Shown here one piece after another: positions 26,180 to 36,730 of a stretch of DNA of 64,000 bases. The notes under the pieces were generated by a model. The model did no database searches. It saw only the letters and a program-made list of their open reading frames with translations, and was not told the origin of the DNA. Within the stretch, counting starts at the first letter, position 1, and every line of letters starts with the position of its first letter. Source of the stretch: a virus. Location of the stretch: positions 9,674 to 73,673 of IMG/VR virus record IMGVR_UViG_3300035698_011365, one strand, 5' to 3'. Both the position numbers and the translations under genes were made by a program.

Positions 26180-27691
26180 ATGGTGCAAATTTATAACGAT
26201 CCCGCAGGTGGATCAGCCTCTACGATTGGTACTCAGTTCCGTACTGACTACTACAAAAAGAAAGCCCTCATTGAAGCACGTAAAGAAACGTACTTCGGTC
26301 AACTAGCTGATGTGACTAACATGCCTAAGAACATGGGTAAAACCATTAAGTGTTATCACTATCTTCCTTTGCTCGATGATGCCAACATCAACGATCAGGG
26401 TCTAGATGCTGCTGGTGCAGCGGTCACACAATCAGTAACTATTGTTGTTACCCGCGCTGATGGCGGTATTCCTAACATCCCTAATAACGGCCGTTCAGTA
26501 GGTAATGCTGTTCACTTCGTTGGTGATGGTGCAAATGCTGCCGCTGCTGAAGATGCAGCTGTTAATCTATTTATGGATTGGGCTACTTCTGATGTTCTTG
26601 GTGGCGGTCTTGCTGCTAGTGAAGCAAACTCAGATGGTGGCTTTGCTACTGCTGTTCAATCAGGTGGTACAGTCTATGATGCAGGATACCGTGCTTCACA
26701 ACCTAATGGCACATTGATTACTGTTGCTGCTTCTGCTCTAGAAGCTCAGTCAGTACCTCAAACTGGTAATCTTTATGGTTCAAGTAAAGACATCGGTGCT
26801 ATCGCTGCTAAACTTCCAGTTCTTTCAGAAACTGGTGGTCGTGTTAACCGTGTAGGCTTTAAACGCCGTGAGATTGAAGGAACTATTGCTAAGTTTGGTT
26901 TCTTTGATGAATACACACAGGAAAGCATGGACTTTGATACAGACTCCGAATTGCAAATGCACATTAATCGTGAAATGGTAAGCGGTGCTAACCAGATGAC
27001 CGAAGCTGCACTTCAAATCGATCTACTTAACGGTGCCGGTGTTGTACGTTTTGGTGGTTCAGCCACTTCAACAGCAACTGTTACTGGTGTGTCAGGCCCA
27101 TCGATCATTACTTATAATGATCTTCTACGTATGAATATCGATCTCGATAACAACCGTACTCCTAAGAATACTAAGATTATATCTGGTACTCGTATGGTAG
27201 ATACTCGCGTTGTTAATGCTGCTCGTTATATGTATGTAGGTGCTGAATTGACACCATCTCTTAAAGCTCTAGCTGACACATTCAGTAATCAAGCATTCAT
27301 CTCTGTTGAGAAGTATGCTAATGCTGGTATGGTAGCTGTTGGTGAGATTGGTTCAATTGATCAGTTCCGTGTCATCGTAGTTCCTGAAATGCTCCATTGG
27401 GCAGGTGCAGGTGCTGCAGAAGGTACTAACACAGGTTATCGCACAACTGGCGGCAACTACGACGTATATCCAATGCTTATTGTTGGTTCAGAATCCTTTA
27501 CTACTATTGGTTTCCAAACTGACGGTAAGACCGTTAAGTTCAGTATTAAACATGCTAAACCGGGTTCTACCGAATCATTTGCGAATGATCCATACGGTGA
27601 GACTGGCTTCATGTCTATTAAGTGGTACTACGGATCAATGATCCTACGTCCAGAACGTATCGGTCTATTTAAAGTGGCTTGCCCTTGGTAA
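26180..27691 (+). CDS. Major capsid protein (N4 gp56-like) with an insertion
   Basis: [53 protein letters not shown]. Confidence 0.95.
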   Translation: MVQIYNDPAGGSASTIGTQFRTDYYKKKALIEARKETYFGQLADVTNMPKNMGKTIKCYHYLPLLDDANINDQGLDAAGAAVTQSVTIVVTRADGGIPNIPNNGRSVGNAVHFVGDGANAAAAEDAAVNLFMDWATSDVLGGGLAASEANSDGGFATAVQSGGTVYDAGYRASQPNGTLITVAASALEAQSVPQTGNLYGSSKDIGAIAAKLPVLSETGGRVNRVGFKRREIEGTIAKFGFFDEYTQESMDFDTDSELQMHINREMVSGANQMTEAALQIDLLNGAGVVRFGGSATSTATVTGVSGPSIITYNDLLRMNIDLDNNRTPKNTKIISGTRMVDTRVVNAARYMYVGAELTPSLKALADTFSNQAFISVEKYANAGMVAVGEIGSIDQFRVIVVPEMLHWAGAGAAEGTNTGYRTTGGNYDVYPMLIVGSESFTTIGFQTDGKTVKFSIKHAKPGSTESFANDPYGETGFMSIKWYYGSMILRPERIGLFKVACPW

Positions 27692-27712
27692 GCGCTTATA
27701 GCTAACTAAATT

Positions 27713-27750
27713 AGGAGAGGGCTGAATAAGCTCTCTCCTTCTTACCTTTC
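27713..27750 (+). terminator. Terminator-like hairpin after the MCP gene
   Basis: AGGAGAGGGCT-gaata-AGCTCTCTCCT with an interrupted T tail. Confidence 0.65.
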
Positions 27751-27774
27751 AATTAAATAAAGAGAATAACTCCA

Positions 27775-28347
27775 ATGACAGACCAAAACGCAGAAACAAC
27801 TGTACCTGCTCCTAGCGAATTAGAAGTACTTAAAGCTAGGGCAGTTACTCTCGGAATATCCCATCACCCAATGATAGGCGTAGACAAGCTTAGAGAAAAG
27901 ATTAATAGTCAGATCTCTGAAACACTTCCAGAACCGGAAGTAGTAGCTGTCAAAGTCAACCCAAAAGAAGAAACAGAACTGGAACGAATTAATAGGCTCC
28001 GTCGTGAGTCTAATAAGTTGGTTCGTGTTGTTGTTACTTGCAGGAATCCTCAAAAAAGTGAGTGGGAAGGTGAAATCTTTACAGCAGGTAATAATGTTAT
28101 CGGCAGTGTTAAGAAATATGTCCCATTCAATAATACAGAAGGCTGGCATGTACCTCAGATCATTCTAGATATGATGTATGACCGTAAGTGCCAACTCTTT
28201 GTTAATGGTAAAAATTCCAAAGGGCACGATATCAAAGTGGCTAAACATATCCCTGAGTTCTCAATAGAAGTATTGCGATCTCTTACAGTAAATGAACTGG
28301 ATGATCTAGCTAAGAGACAGGCTATGTCTCATTCTATAGATAAATAA
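27775..28347 (+). CDS. N4 gp55-like protein
   Basis: ELEVLKARA..LGI, LVRV.VTCRNP.K, GWHVP. Confidence 0.9.
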   Translation: MTDQNAETTVPAPSELEVLKARAVTLGISHHPMIGVDKLREKINSQISETLPEPEVVAVKVNPKEETELERINRLRRESNKLVRVVVTCRNPQKSEWEGEIFTAGNNVIGSVKKYVPFNNTEGWHVPQIILDMMYDRKCQLFVNGKNSKGHDIKVAKHIPEFSIEVLRSLTVNELDDLAKRQAMSHSIDK

Positions 28348-28368
28348 TAATAATAAGGTATAATCACT

Positions 28369-30702
28369 ATGACCACTATTGCATTAACAGACCTGACTAC
28401 TAAAGACCTCGAAGGTACTGGTATCTTCGATGAATTAATGTACTCAGTAGATCTCCACATCCACAGAGAGTTTAAAGCAAATAGAATTACAGGTAGTGAT
28501 TATGCTAAAGCTTATGAGGGTGCAGTGGGTGTTGTGTTACAGCAATCCATTGCATTCCTTATGGGGAAAGATACAGCTGCTGCACAGACAGACCTATTAG
28601 TAGCTCAGACAGCTACTGAGGCTTTACAAGCTTCTCTGGTAACTGCACAGGTTTCCAAGATGGGTAAAGAAGAGACTCTCATTGATGGACAGATTACAAA
28701 ACTTGAAGCAGATGAAGAGTTAGTGGATCAAACCAAAGCTAACGCCATACTCGAAGGTGTTAACATTCCTATTGAAGGAGCCAACCTTACTAAAGAAGGT
28801 TTGAAGACTCTGGAAGAAACATTACTTGTTACAGCTCAGAAAACCAAACTTGCTGGTGCCGATACAGCCTTGGCAGTGACCCAAGAACTTAAACTAGATG
28901 CTGACATCGCTCTAACAGGGGCACAGCAGACGAAACTAGCCGGAGCTGATACAAACGACGTTGTAGCCGCAACAGCGCTTAAAACAGCTCAGACAGCTAA
29001 TACGACTGCAGAGACTACTAAGATTGATGAAGAGACTGATTTGATTACTGCTCAAACCGGTAAGACAGATGCAGAAGCATCAGTGTCTACACAACAGGCT
29101 CTTAAGATTGTTAAAGATACTCTTCTTGTTGAAGCTCAAACATCTAAAGTAGCTGATGAAGAATTGTTAGTGGTTCAACAAATTCAGAATGCATTAGCAG
29201 AAGAGTCCAAAATAGATAACGAATCTGCTACTGAATTAGTTAAAGCTCTTAATATTGGTGCTGAAACTACTAAGCTTGCCGGTGTAGATACAGTTAATAT
29301 GACGGCTCAAACAGCTAGACTAACAGCAGATACTGCGAAACTTGGTCAAGATGTTCTTGAAAGCCAAGCTCAGGTAACTAAACTATCTGGTGTTGATACT
29401 GCTCTGGTTACAGCCCAAACAGCTAAAATAGGTAAAGATGAGGATCTAATAGATCAAGAGATACTTGTTAAGCAACAGGATGTGTTGGTAGCACAACAAG
29501 AAGTGCTGAACATGGCTCAAGAGGTATTACTATCAACAGCTAAAGTTTCTAAGATGACAGAGGACACTGCACTTGTAGTAGCTCAAACAACTCAGTCAAC
29601 TGCGACATCTGCAAACATTGCTGCAGAGACCCTTAAAACAACTGAAGAAAAAGATCTTCTTGTTCTTGAGCAGACTAAATTAGCAGGCCCAGATACTAAC
29701 TTAGTTAACGCACAGGTATCAAAATTAGGTAAAGACGAAGATCTAGTTGATGCATCAATTACCAAGATGGCTGATGAAGAGTTACTTGTGGTTCAAAAGA
29801 TCGCAGAGAGTGTTGCCCAGACTGCAGCTATTTCTGCTGAAGCAGGCAAGATCGCTGAAGAAGAAGCCCTTCTTACAGCACAAACTGCTAATGTATCTGC
29901 TAAGACAACTACAGAAGCGTCTACTAAACTAAACATAGAAGCAGATACTTCACTTAAAGGAGCTCAACAAACTAAATTAGCAGGAGCAGAGACCAGCTTA
30001 ATTACTGCTCAGATTAGTAAATTAAATGATGAAGAGCTTCTAACAGTACAACAAACAGCTAAGACCTTAGCTGAAGTTGGATTGATCAGTAAAACTGAAG
30101 ACAAGATGGATCAAGAGATCCTCAATATGGTTCAGGAAGTGGCACTCTCCACAGCTAAAGTTGTGAAGATGGGTCATGAGGGAACTGTAATGTTAGCACA
30201 GTCTCTTAAAGTACCTGCTGAGACTGCACTGCTTGAAGCACAAGAGCTCAGAACAGATGCTGAGACTCTGTTGATTGGTGAACAGACTGATAAGACAACT
30301 GCAGAAGAGCTCTTACTAGTACAAGAGAAAACCAATGCAATTACTCAGAACACGTTGATTACAAACCAATCAACTAAAGCTCTTTCTGAAGTGGCTCTAC
30401 TTAATCAGAAAAAAGTATCTGAGGCAGCTCAAACAGTTGATACCACCACTTCAGGAGCTACTGCTCAAGTTGGTGCGGTTGCCGGTGTGATTGGTAAGCA
30501 AAAAGGACTGTACACTGCACAGACAGACGGTTTCGCTAGGGATGCTGAACAGAAGCTCTCTAAGATTATGGCAGACATGTGGGCAGTGGGTGCATCCATT
30601 GAAGGTACAGGCTTTGCTTGGCCGGATGCTTATAACCCTGCAACTACTTCAGGTAATGTTGTTGATGTTCTTAATAAAGCCAAAACAGGAATTGGCGCAT
30701 AG
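28369..30702 (+). CDS. N4 gp54-like structural protein (probable tail tube), greatly elongated
   Basis: GTGIFDELM...EFKANRITGSDY start; GVIGKQKGLY.AQTDGF.RDAE end; long heptad insert. Confidence 0.85.
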   Translation: MTTIALTDLTTKDLEGTGIFDELMYSVDLHIHREFKANRITGSDYAKAYEGAVGVVLQQSIAFLMGKDTAAAQTDLLVAQTATEALQASLVTAQVSKMGKEETLIDGQITKLEADEELVDQTKANAILEGVNIPIEGANLTKEGLKTLEETLLVTAQKTKLAGADTALAVTQELKLDADIALTGAQQTKLAGADTNDVVAATALKTAQTANTTAETTKIDEETDLITAQTGKTDAEASVSTQQALKIVKDTLLVEAQTSKVADEELLVVQQIQNALAEESKIDNESATELVKALNIGAETTKLAGVDTVNMTAQTARLTADTAKLGQDVLESQAQVTKLSGVDTALVTAQTAKIGKDEDLIDQEILVKQQDVLVAQQEVLNMAQEVLLSTAKVSKMTEDTALVVAQTTQSTATSANIAAETLKTTEEKDLLVLEQTKLAGPDTNLVNAQVSKLGKDEDLVDASITKMADEELLVVQKIAESVAQTAAISAEAGKIAEEEALLTAQTANVSAKTTTEASTKLNIEADTSLKGAQQTKLAGAETSLITAQISKLNDEELLTVQQTAKTLAEVGLISKTEDKMDQEILNMVQEVALSTAKVVKMGHEGTVMLAQSLKVPAETALLEAQELRTDAETLLIGEQTDKTTAEELLLVQEKTNAITQNTLITNQSTKALSEVALLNQKKVSEAAQTVDTTTSGATAQVGAVAGVIGKQKGLYTAQTDGFARDAEQKLSKIMADMWAVGASIEGTGFAWPDAYNPATTSGNVVDVLNKAKTGIGA

Positions 30703-30710
30703 GATAATTC

Positions 30711-32966
30711 ATGGTTCAGGTAATTGGAGTCTCAGTATCTGCACAGCCCTTGTTACAAGATACAGGGACTACCAGAAACATACTGGCTGAATATGTAATT
30801 AGTGCTGTTCGTACCGGTGGCTCTATTCCTGCAGCTGTTGTACAAGCCTCCAAAGTATCTTTCGATAATGATCTCGATGCTTTCTATGATTATGGGGAGG
30901 TCAATACTATCATTGGATTACCTATATCTTTTAACTTTTCTGCAAGTGATGCTTTTGCAAACAGTAAAAGAACAGACGTAATTCAGCAAATAGCTGCAGA
31001 CGAGGGAACCTCTACAGGCAACATAATAATAAAAACGATTGATATTAAGTATGTAGATCAGACTATGTTATTTTTAGGGATAGTCTCTGAAGCAGGTCAG
31101 TGGAATTACAATACAAACTCTTTTCAAATAGACGGAGGGTATTACCCAGTACCTAGAGCTTTTTGGAGAGGTACATTAGGCTCCGGAGGATTAGGAGGAA
31201 TATATTATAATAGTGAAGACTCTTTTGGAGGTATAGAACCCTATATCTTTCACTATATTACTACTGATTATAAAAGCCCTAATACAGTGTTCTACCATAT
31301 TAGGTATAGATTTAGGAGCGATGGTAATAATACCACTAGATACTGGAACTATGAAAACGAATCCTTATCAGGAGGTAACTATGATGATCTAAATATAGAT
31401 GCTTCTCTCGTTATAGGCGGAAGATATTTTCCTGTGGTTCCAATAAGAGTAAACAAAGTATGGTCTGATGCCAGCGCCTACTTAAAAAATAACATAGCAG
31501 ATATTAATAATATCCTTGCTTTCATTGGATTAGAGTATGAAAACCTAAAGACTGCAGTATCAGAAATAGACAGTGATGATCTAGCCAATGTAGATGATGT
31601 CGTTGTTATGCTTGCTTTGGATCTATACTCAACTAATGATCATTCATTAGGGTACTTGTTTGAGCAGTTCAAAAGATATCATTATACTATTGATGGCGCC
31701 ACTGAAGCTGAATGGTGGGCATGGAAGAATGAAACAGGTATCTGGGCTGCAGCAGGTGGTTGGGAATATACGGATAGACCTCGTAATGTAATTGATGTGA
31801 GATCTGCAGTTATAAAAATGAGGCTGGAATACCAGTATTCCACTGTTAGATCTATTACAGGAAATATTAATAGCTACGCTATACCTACTTTTGCAAACCA
31901 CAGTTTACCGAATCAACCGGGAGGTATTGAAAATCTGGCTGTACCGGTGATAGGGGAAGTAGTTCGTAAGATTAGATATGGTACAGAGATTATAGCAGGA
32001 GTGCAGAGTGGGCCCTACAGAACAGACGTATTAGTCTACAGAATGCCCACATCAGGTAGCACATTCATTGAAGTAGCCATATTTGGGCCTAAAGCTATCT
32101 TTGATGTGCAAAGAGAAGGTTGGGGTACCGATGGCCAGTTCTATAGGAAGATGGTCACAGGAGGCCCTGAAGAGGAGAGCTGGACTGATGGAGGTATGCT
32201 TGTTCCTATTTCACAGGATATATGTAAACTTTTTAATAGTACTGATGAGTCAGCCCTATACAGAGAATCAGTAAGACTTGTTGTAACAGCTTATGAGATT
32301 GTTGATCTTGGTTTCTTTGCTAGTAATATATTTGCCTTTATATCTTTTGTTATATCTGTAGTATTTGTATTTATACCGGGAATTCAACAACTTGGATTAG
32401 CGTTAAGAGCTGCAGCTTTAGCCGGTACATCTGCCTTCCTTGCTTTAAGTACTTATGCATTAACAGTAGTACTTAAGACAATTATAACCAGTGTTGTGAT
32501 AGCAGGACTTGTTGAAATTATAAACATTCTGGGAATAGATGCTGGATTAGTCTTAGCAGCTATGGCTCTTGTAGCTACTGTGGTTATGCAAGGTACGGGA
32601 GCTAATCTGGGTATGATGAATGCAGGTGATATGTTTGCATTAGCTGATTCACTAAATAAAGCCAATCAACAAGTAATTGCTAATAAAACCGGTGAACTCT
32701 ATGAAGAGATAGAAGAATGGAATGATTATGTTAGAACTGAGGAAGAAAGCTTTAGAGATGCTGCTGAAGCCCTTGATACAGGCAGCGTTAACTACAATCT
32801 TTATGATCTTATCACCCCACAAAGAACTCTAAGTGTTGTAGAAGATCCCAGTTCTTTTTATAATAGGACTATACATAACACCAATCCGGGAGTATTATCT
32901 CTGGAAGTGGTGTCAATATATCATACCGATGCTCTGATATTACCAAAGCCAGAGAACGATTTTTAA
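30711..32966 (+). CDS. N4 gp53-like structural protein
   Basis: YFPVVPIR motif, hydrophobic C-terminal segments, E.PSSFYNRT; synteny. Confidence 0.75.
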   Translation: MVQVIGVSVSAQPLLQDTGTTRNILAEYVISAVRTGGSIPAAVVQASKVSFDNDLDAFYDYGEVNTIIGLPISFNFSASDAFANSKRTDVIQQIAADEGTSTGNIIIKTIDIKYVDQTMLFLGIVSEAGQWNYNTNSFQIDGGYYPVPRAFWRGTLGSGGLGGIYYNSEDSFGGIEPYIFHYITTDYKSPNTVFYHIRYRFRSDGNNTTRYWNYENESLSGGNYDDLNIDASLVIGGRYFPVVPIRVNKVWSDASAYLKNNIADINNILAFIGLEYENLKTAVSEIDSDDLANVDDVVVMLALDLYSTNDHSLGYLFEQFKRYHYTIDGATEAEWWAWKNETGIWAAAGGWEYTDRPRNVIDVRSAVIKMRLEYQYSTVRSITGNINSYAIPTFANHSLPNQPGGIENLAVPVIGEVVRKIRYGTEIIAGVQSGPYRTDVLVYRMPTSGSTFIEVAIFGPKAIFDVQREGWGTDGQFYRKMVTGGPEEESWTDGGMLVPISQDICKLFNSTDESALYRESVRLVVTAYEIVDLGFFASNIFAFISFVISVVFVFIPGIQQLGLALRAAALAGTSAFLALSTYALTVVLKTIITSVVIAGLVEIINILGIDAGLVLAAMALVATVVMQGTGANLGMMNAGDMFALADSLNKANQQVIANKTGELYEEIEEWNDYVRTEEESFRDAAEALDTGSVNYNLYDLITPQRTLSVVEDPSSFYNRTIHNTNPGVLSLEVVSIYHTDALILPKPENDF

Positions 32967-32984
32967 TAGGAGACTATAGAAGCC

Positions 32985-33713
32985 ATGAAGAATTACATCC
33001 CACCATCTCAGAGCACCTCAACAGGCTTTCAGCCTATGGACTTTAACTTTAGTCCCAATAAGATGAGCTTTGGAGCTAATAAAAATATTTTTGATTCTAG
33101 TAAGTTTCTAGAGGATTTTAGAAGTTCAAGTGCTAGTGCGGGTTTTGGACTCACAGATGCAGTCAATGGTGGAATTGGCGGTGGAACAGCACTTAAGAAC
33201 TTAAGTAGTATGTACACAGGTAATAGTGTTAACTCAGCTGTACAGCCGGGAGCTGGGGGCTTCTCACTTAATCCAAGTAGATCAGATGTTTTTAATCCTT
33301 CAGGTAGTCAAATCAGTAGTATGATTAGACCACCACAAACAGGAGGAGGTAAAGGTTTATTTGGTAGTTTAGCTGATGGCTTCAAAACAGATGGTAAATT
33401 AGACTTTGGTAAAATAAACGCATTTGGTCAATTGGCTATAGGAGGTTTTGGGGCGTATCTTTCTGCTAAACAGCTTGGATTGATGAAGAAACAGTTTGAA
33501 TTCCAGAAGAGCTTTGACAAAACAAACCTTCAGAACTCTGCTCTTGCCTCTAACGTCAATAAAGCAGACAAACAGACAGGACAACTGAACAGAGACTATG
33601 CCGGAGGCATTACCAAAAAGTATAGTAATGGTTTCGATGGTGATGCTTTTGCTGACCTAGGCCCTGCAAAAGGTAGCAGGTCTAACGAAGAGAAGATGAA
33701 AGCAAAAGGTTAA
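32985..33713 (+). CDS. N4 gp52-like ejection protein
   Basis: Gly/Ser-rich; GAYLSAKQLGLMKKQFEFQK; synteny. Confidence 0.7.
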   Translation: MKNYIPPSQSTSTGFQPMDFNFSPNKMSFGANKNIFDSSKFLEDFRSSSASAGFGLTDAVNGGIGGGTALKNLSSMYTGNSVNSAVQPGAGGFSLNPSRSDVFNPSGSQISSMIRPPQTGGGKGLFGSLADGFKTDGKLDFGKINAFGQLAIGGFGAYLSAKQLGLMKKQFEFQKSFDKTNLQNSALASNVNKADKQTGQLNRDYAGGITKKYSNGFDGDAFADLGPAKGSRSNEEKMKAKG

Positions 33714-33731
33714 TCCAAGGAGATAACGCAC

Positions 33732-36713
33732 ATGGCTTATCAACCACTAACATATAGAACAGTAGGGCTCTCAAACTATGGCGGTATCGCTGATGGTATG
33801 AGTGATGCCATTAAAGGCTTTAAATCAAGTGCTACGACTATTACTGATCAACTTGGGGAGATGGAAGCAAACCAAGAGGCAGATACTCTAGCAGCCTTCC
33901 AGAACTCCCTACGTGGACGTAGTGCTGAAGAAACTGAAGCACTTATTAATGATCCAAATCAATTAGGTCAATTCAATCTTGGTTTAGCTGATCAAACAGC
34001 TGTACAGGGTGTACTAGGCAGTGCAGTTGCACAAGCACGTACACAAGATACAGCTAACTTTAATTATGCACGTACACAAGAAGACCAAAGAGATGCTCCT
34101 CTATTAGATGTGCTACGTAATTCAGTACTTGAAGGAAGCACTGATCAAGATGAAGCAGCCTATAAAAGTTATTTAGATAGTGGTGGTACTGTTCGAGGTG
34201 CTTCTGAGATATTTGCAGGTATCAATAAAGAAAAACAAGGGAATATATTAGCTGATCATGAGAGCAGCTTTTTACAGAACAGATATGATACTGCACTGGC
34301 TGAAGGCGGTAACGCTGATGCTGCTGTTGGTAAAGCCGCTGAAAAAGATTACATAGATAAGTATGTTGAATTAAATAACGGAAGTAGAGCAGGTGCTCAA
34401 GATTCTTGGGATAGGGCTCAAGCCAAAGAAAAAGCTAAATATAAAGTTGGTGAAATTGTTCAAGGCGAGTGGGATAAACAACTCAAAACATACGCTATTG
34501 AGTATGAAGCTGAAACCGGTACACAGAAATCACAATTAGATGCTGCAAATAAATTACTAGCTCCTGATAGTGTATTATCTGATGATGAAATAGCAAAACA
34601 ATTAACAGACGTGCTTGTTGCTGCAGACGGTAAATCAGAGGACTGGGGTCTATCAATAAAAAGTTTAATCTCAGATTCTTGGACTAATAAATATGTAGAA
34701 ATTGGCGGGAAAAGGATATCTATTGAAGGTGTTAGACCTGCTGACTTTATGTATGCAGCTCAAGGTGCTGCGGATAAAGGAGATGAAGCTAAATGGTATA
34801 CATTATTTGTATCTGTTGATGGCGAAGTGGATGAAGAGAAATTTAAAGCTGCTTTGGTTCAAAGAGCACGAGATAGGCAAGCAAGCCCTAACGCTGTTGA
34901 TAAAAAAATTGAGAATGCTGCACTACTTGAAAAGTATAACCAGAGAGTTATTGATAAAGAGGCCCATTTTAATGCCAAAAGGCTGCAACTAGAGAATGAT
35001 TATAAAGCTGATACCAGAAACGGTGTCCGTGCTTTTGGTGCTACTACTCCTCAAGGGGTAGCAAATAATCTTAGAAACGGAGCTAATGGTGTTGGTGGAG
35101 ATATTTCTACAGGCACTCCTAGTGGTGTATTAGAGACCCCACCAGCAGCTGTAACAGTTAATACGCCTGAAGCGACTGGAACCGTTATTGAGACTGCTCC
35201 TGCAGTAACTCCTGCAGTAACTCCTGAAATAACCGCAGTAAGAGAGCGATTGTCTGCTCTTGATCAAGCTGCTTTAGATAATCCGTACACCCCGCCTACA
35301 GAAATACCTGCAGAAATAGGTACAGGGATAGAACAGTCAGTTAAGGATGTATCCGATCTTGCAAACACTTTAGATGAGAATTCAAGTCCAGAAGAGGTAG
35401 CAGCAGTTCGGGATCAAGGTAACAAATTAATATCTGACTATGTTGGAGTGGTTGGTACTGATGCTATTAAAAATAGTCTGAGAAAAGACGGAAATGAAAC
35501 CCTTACACGAGCAGATCTTTTGAGAATAGCTACGGATATATTATCAGTAGAAGACAGCCCAATAAAAGATTTACGGGGAGGAAGGGCATTAGTAGAGGAT
35601 AAACCAACTGTTGACTATGTTGTAAGTGAACTTTCAGAAATGGTTGGTGAAGTTGTATCTACTCAAAGAGCAGAAGCTAAATCAGCATCTGATGCTGAGA
35701 ACAAAAGAAAAGCTCTTGTAGAGCAGGTCAAAAATAGTGACAGAACTGCAGGTAGAACTGAAAGAGCAGGCATTCTTTCAGAAGGCAATACTCGTATTGA
35801 ACGAGAGAATACCCTTAACAGTCTCAGAGGAAGTAGAAGAAACCCGAATGGTTTAACCATAGAGCAGGAAGTTCAAAATGAGCGGAGAGCAGCTCAAGAA
35901 GCCCTTTTGACTAATGCTCAAAATCAAGGGGGAGAGCAAAGCTTTTTCTCAGGAATTTTTCCAACTTCTCGGGCTGATCAAGACGCAGCTACTTTATCTA
36001 ATGCAGGATTAGGCCAATATAATCCTGAAGGCACCGCCATACCCACAGAAACAAAGAGTGCTGGTGTGCAGAGAGCAGAGGATCTTGCTAAAATGAGACA
36101 GTTGGGGGAAATTCCTCAACAGCCTGCTGATGACCTAATAAATGGGTCTTCTGGCGATACAGGCCCAATCGATAACTTAAGTGTAAAAGCCACTACTTCA
36201 CGAAGAGCAAAGGAAATCACAGGAGAAGAAGGTAATTTACTGGATGGTGCTAAACCTGATCCGGGGAATGGAGCAAGTAATATTAGTGCAGGTCTTCCCT
36301 ATAAGACTAAACGTATTAAAGATCATATAGGTAAATTATTCAATAAAATAGATGCAGCATCAATTAATATAACAGGCAAGCTTACTGCTGCACAAAGCAC
36401 TAAACTTACAGAGTCTGTAGTTAAACAGACAGAAGGTGAGCTTAAAGGCTATCTGAACAACTGGGGAAAGTTATCAACCTTGGTTCAAGATGTTCTTGTA
36501 GACAAGACTTATAATAAAGGTCTTACAAAATTAGATGAAAAATCTAAGAAATTTGTTGATGCTATTCGTTCAAATAATTTACCTTTAGCTCTATCAGAGA
36601 TGTCTGATAAGTCTCCAAGAGATAAAAGAAATATTAAAAAAATGAAGCAAGCTATATTAGAGTCTGGTGTTGATACTGCACTGGAATCCGGTGTAAATAA
36701 TATAACTGATTAA
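33732..36713 (+). CDS. N4 gp51-like ejection protein with a C-terminal lysozyme-like domain
   Basis: PLTYRTV start; directly before vRNAP; C-terminal EEG...DVLVDKTYNKG...A.SEM. Confidence 0.7.
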   Translation: MAYQPLTYRTVGLSNYGGIADGMSDAIKGFKSSATTITDQLGEMEANQEADTLAAFQNSLRGRSAEETEALINDPNQLGQFNLGLADQTAVQGVLGSAVAQARTQDTANFNYARTQEDQRDAPLLDVLRNSVLEGSTDQDEAAYKSYLDSGGTVRGASEIFAGINKEKQGNILADHESSFLQNRYDTALAEGGNADAAVGKAAEKDYIDKYVELNNGSRAGAQDSWDRAQAKEKAKYKVGEIVQGEWDKQLKTYAIEYEAETGTQKSQLDAANKLLAPDSVLSDDEIAKQLTDVLVAADGKSEDWGLSIKSLISDSWTNKYVEIGGKRISIEGVRPADFMYAAQGAADKGDEAKWYTLFVSVDGEVDEEKFKAALVQRARDRQASPNAVDKKIENAALLEKYNQRVIDKEAHFNAKRLQLENDYKADTRNGVRAFGATTPQGVANNLRNGANGVGGDISTGTPSGVLETPPAAVTVNTPEATGTVIETAPAVTPAVTPEITAVRERLSALDQAALDNPYTPPTEIPAEIGTGIEQSVKDVSDLANTLDENSSPEEVAAVRDQGNKLISDYVGVVGTDAIKNSLRKDGNETLTRADLLRIATDILSVEDSPIKDLRGGRALVEDKPTVDYVVSELSEMVGEVVSTQRAEAKSASDAENKRKALVEQVKNSDRTAGRTERAGILSEGNTRIERENTLNSLRGSRRNPNGLTIEQEVQNERRAAQEALLTNAQNQGGEQSFFSGIFPTSRADQDAATLSNAGLGQYNPEGTAIPTETKSAGVQRAEDLAKMRQLGEIPQQPADDLINGSSGDTGPIDNLSVKATTSRRAKEITGEEGNLLDGAKPDPGNGASNISAGLPYKTKRIKDHIGKLFNKIDAASINITGKLTAAQSTKLTESVVKQTEGELKGYLNNWGKLSTLVQDVLVDKTYNKGLTKLDEKSKKFVDAIRSNNLPLALSEMSDKSPRDKRNIKKMKQAILESGVDTALESGVNNITD

Positions 36714-36730
36714 AATAGGAAATACTTCTT

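Noticed and set aside
26426-26764. Possible intein or intron in the MCP
   Set aside because: No intein terminal motifs (C/S...HN), no endonuclease motifs, frame is continuous
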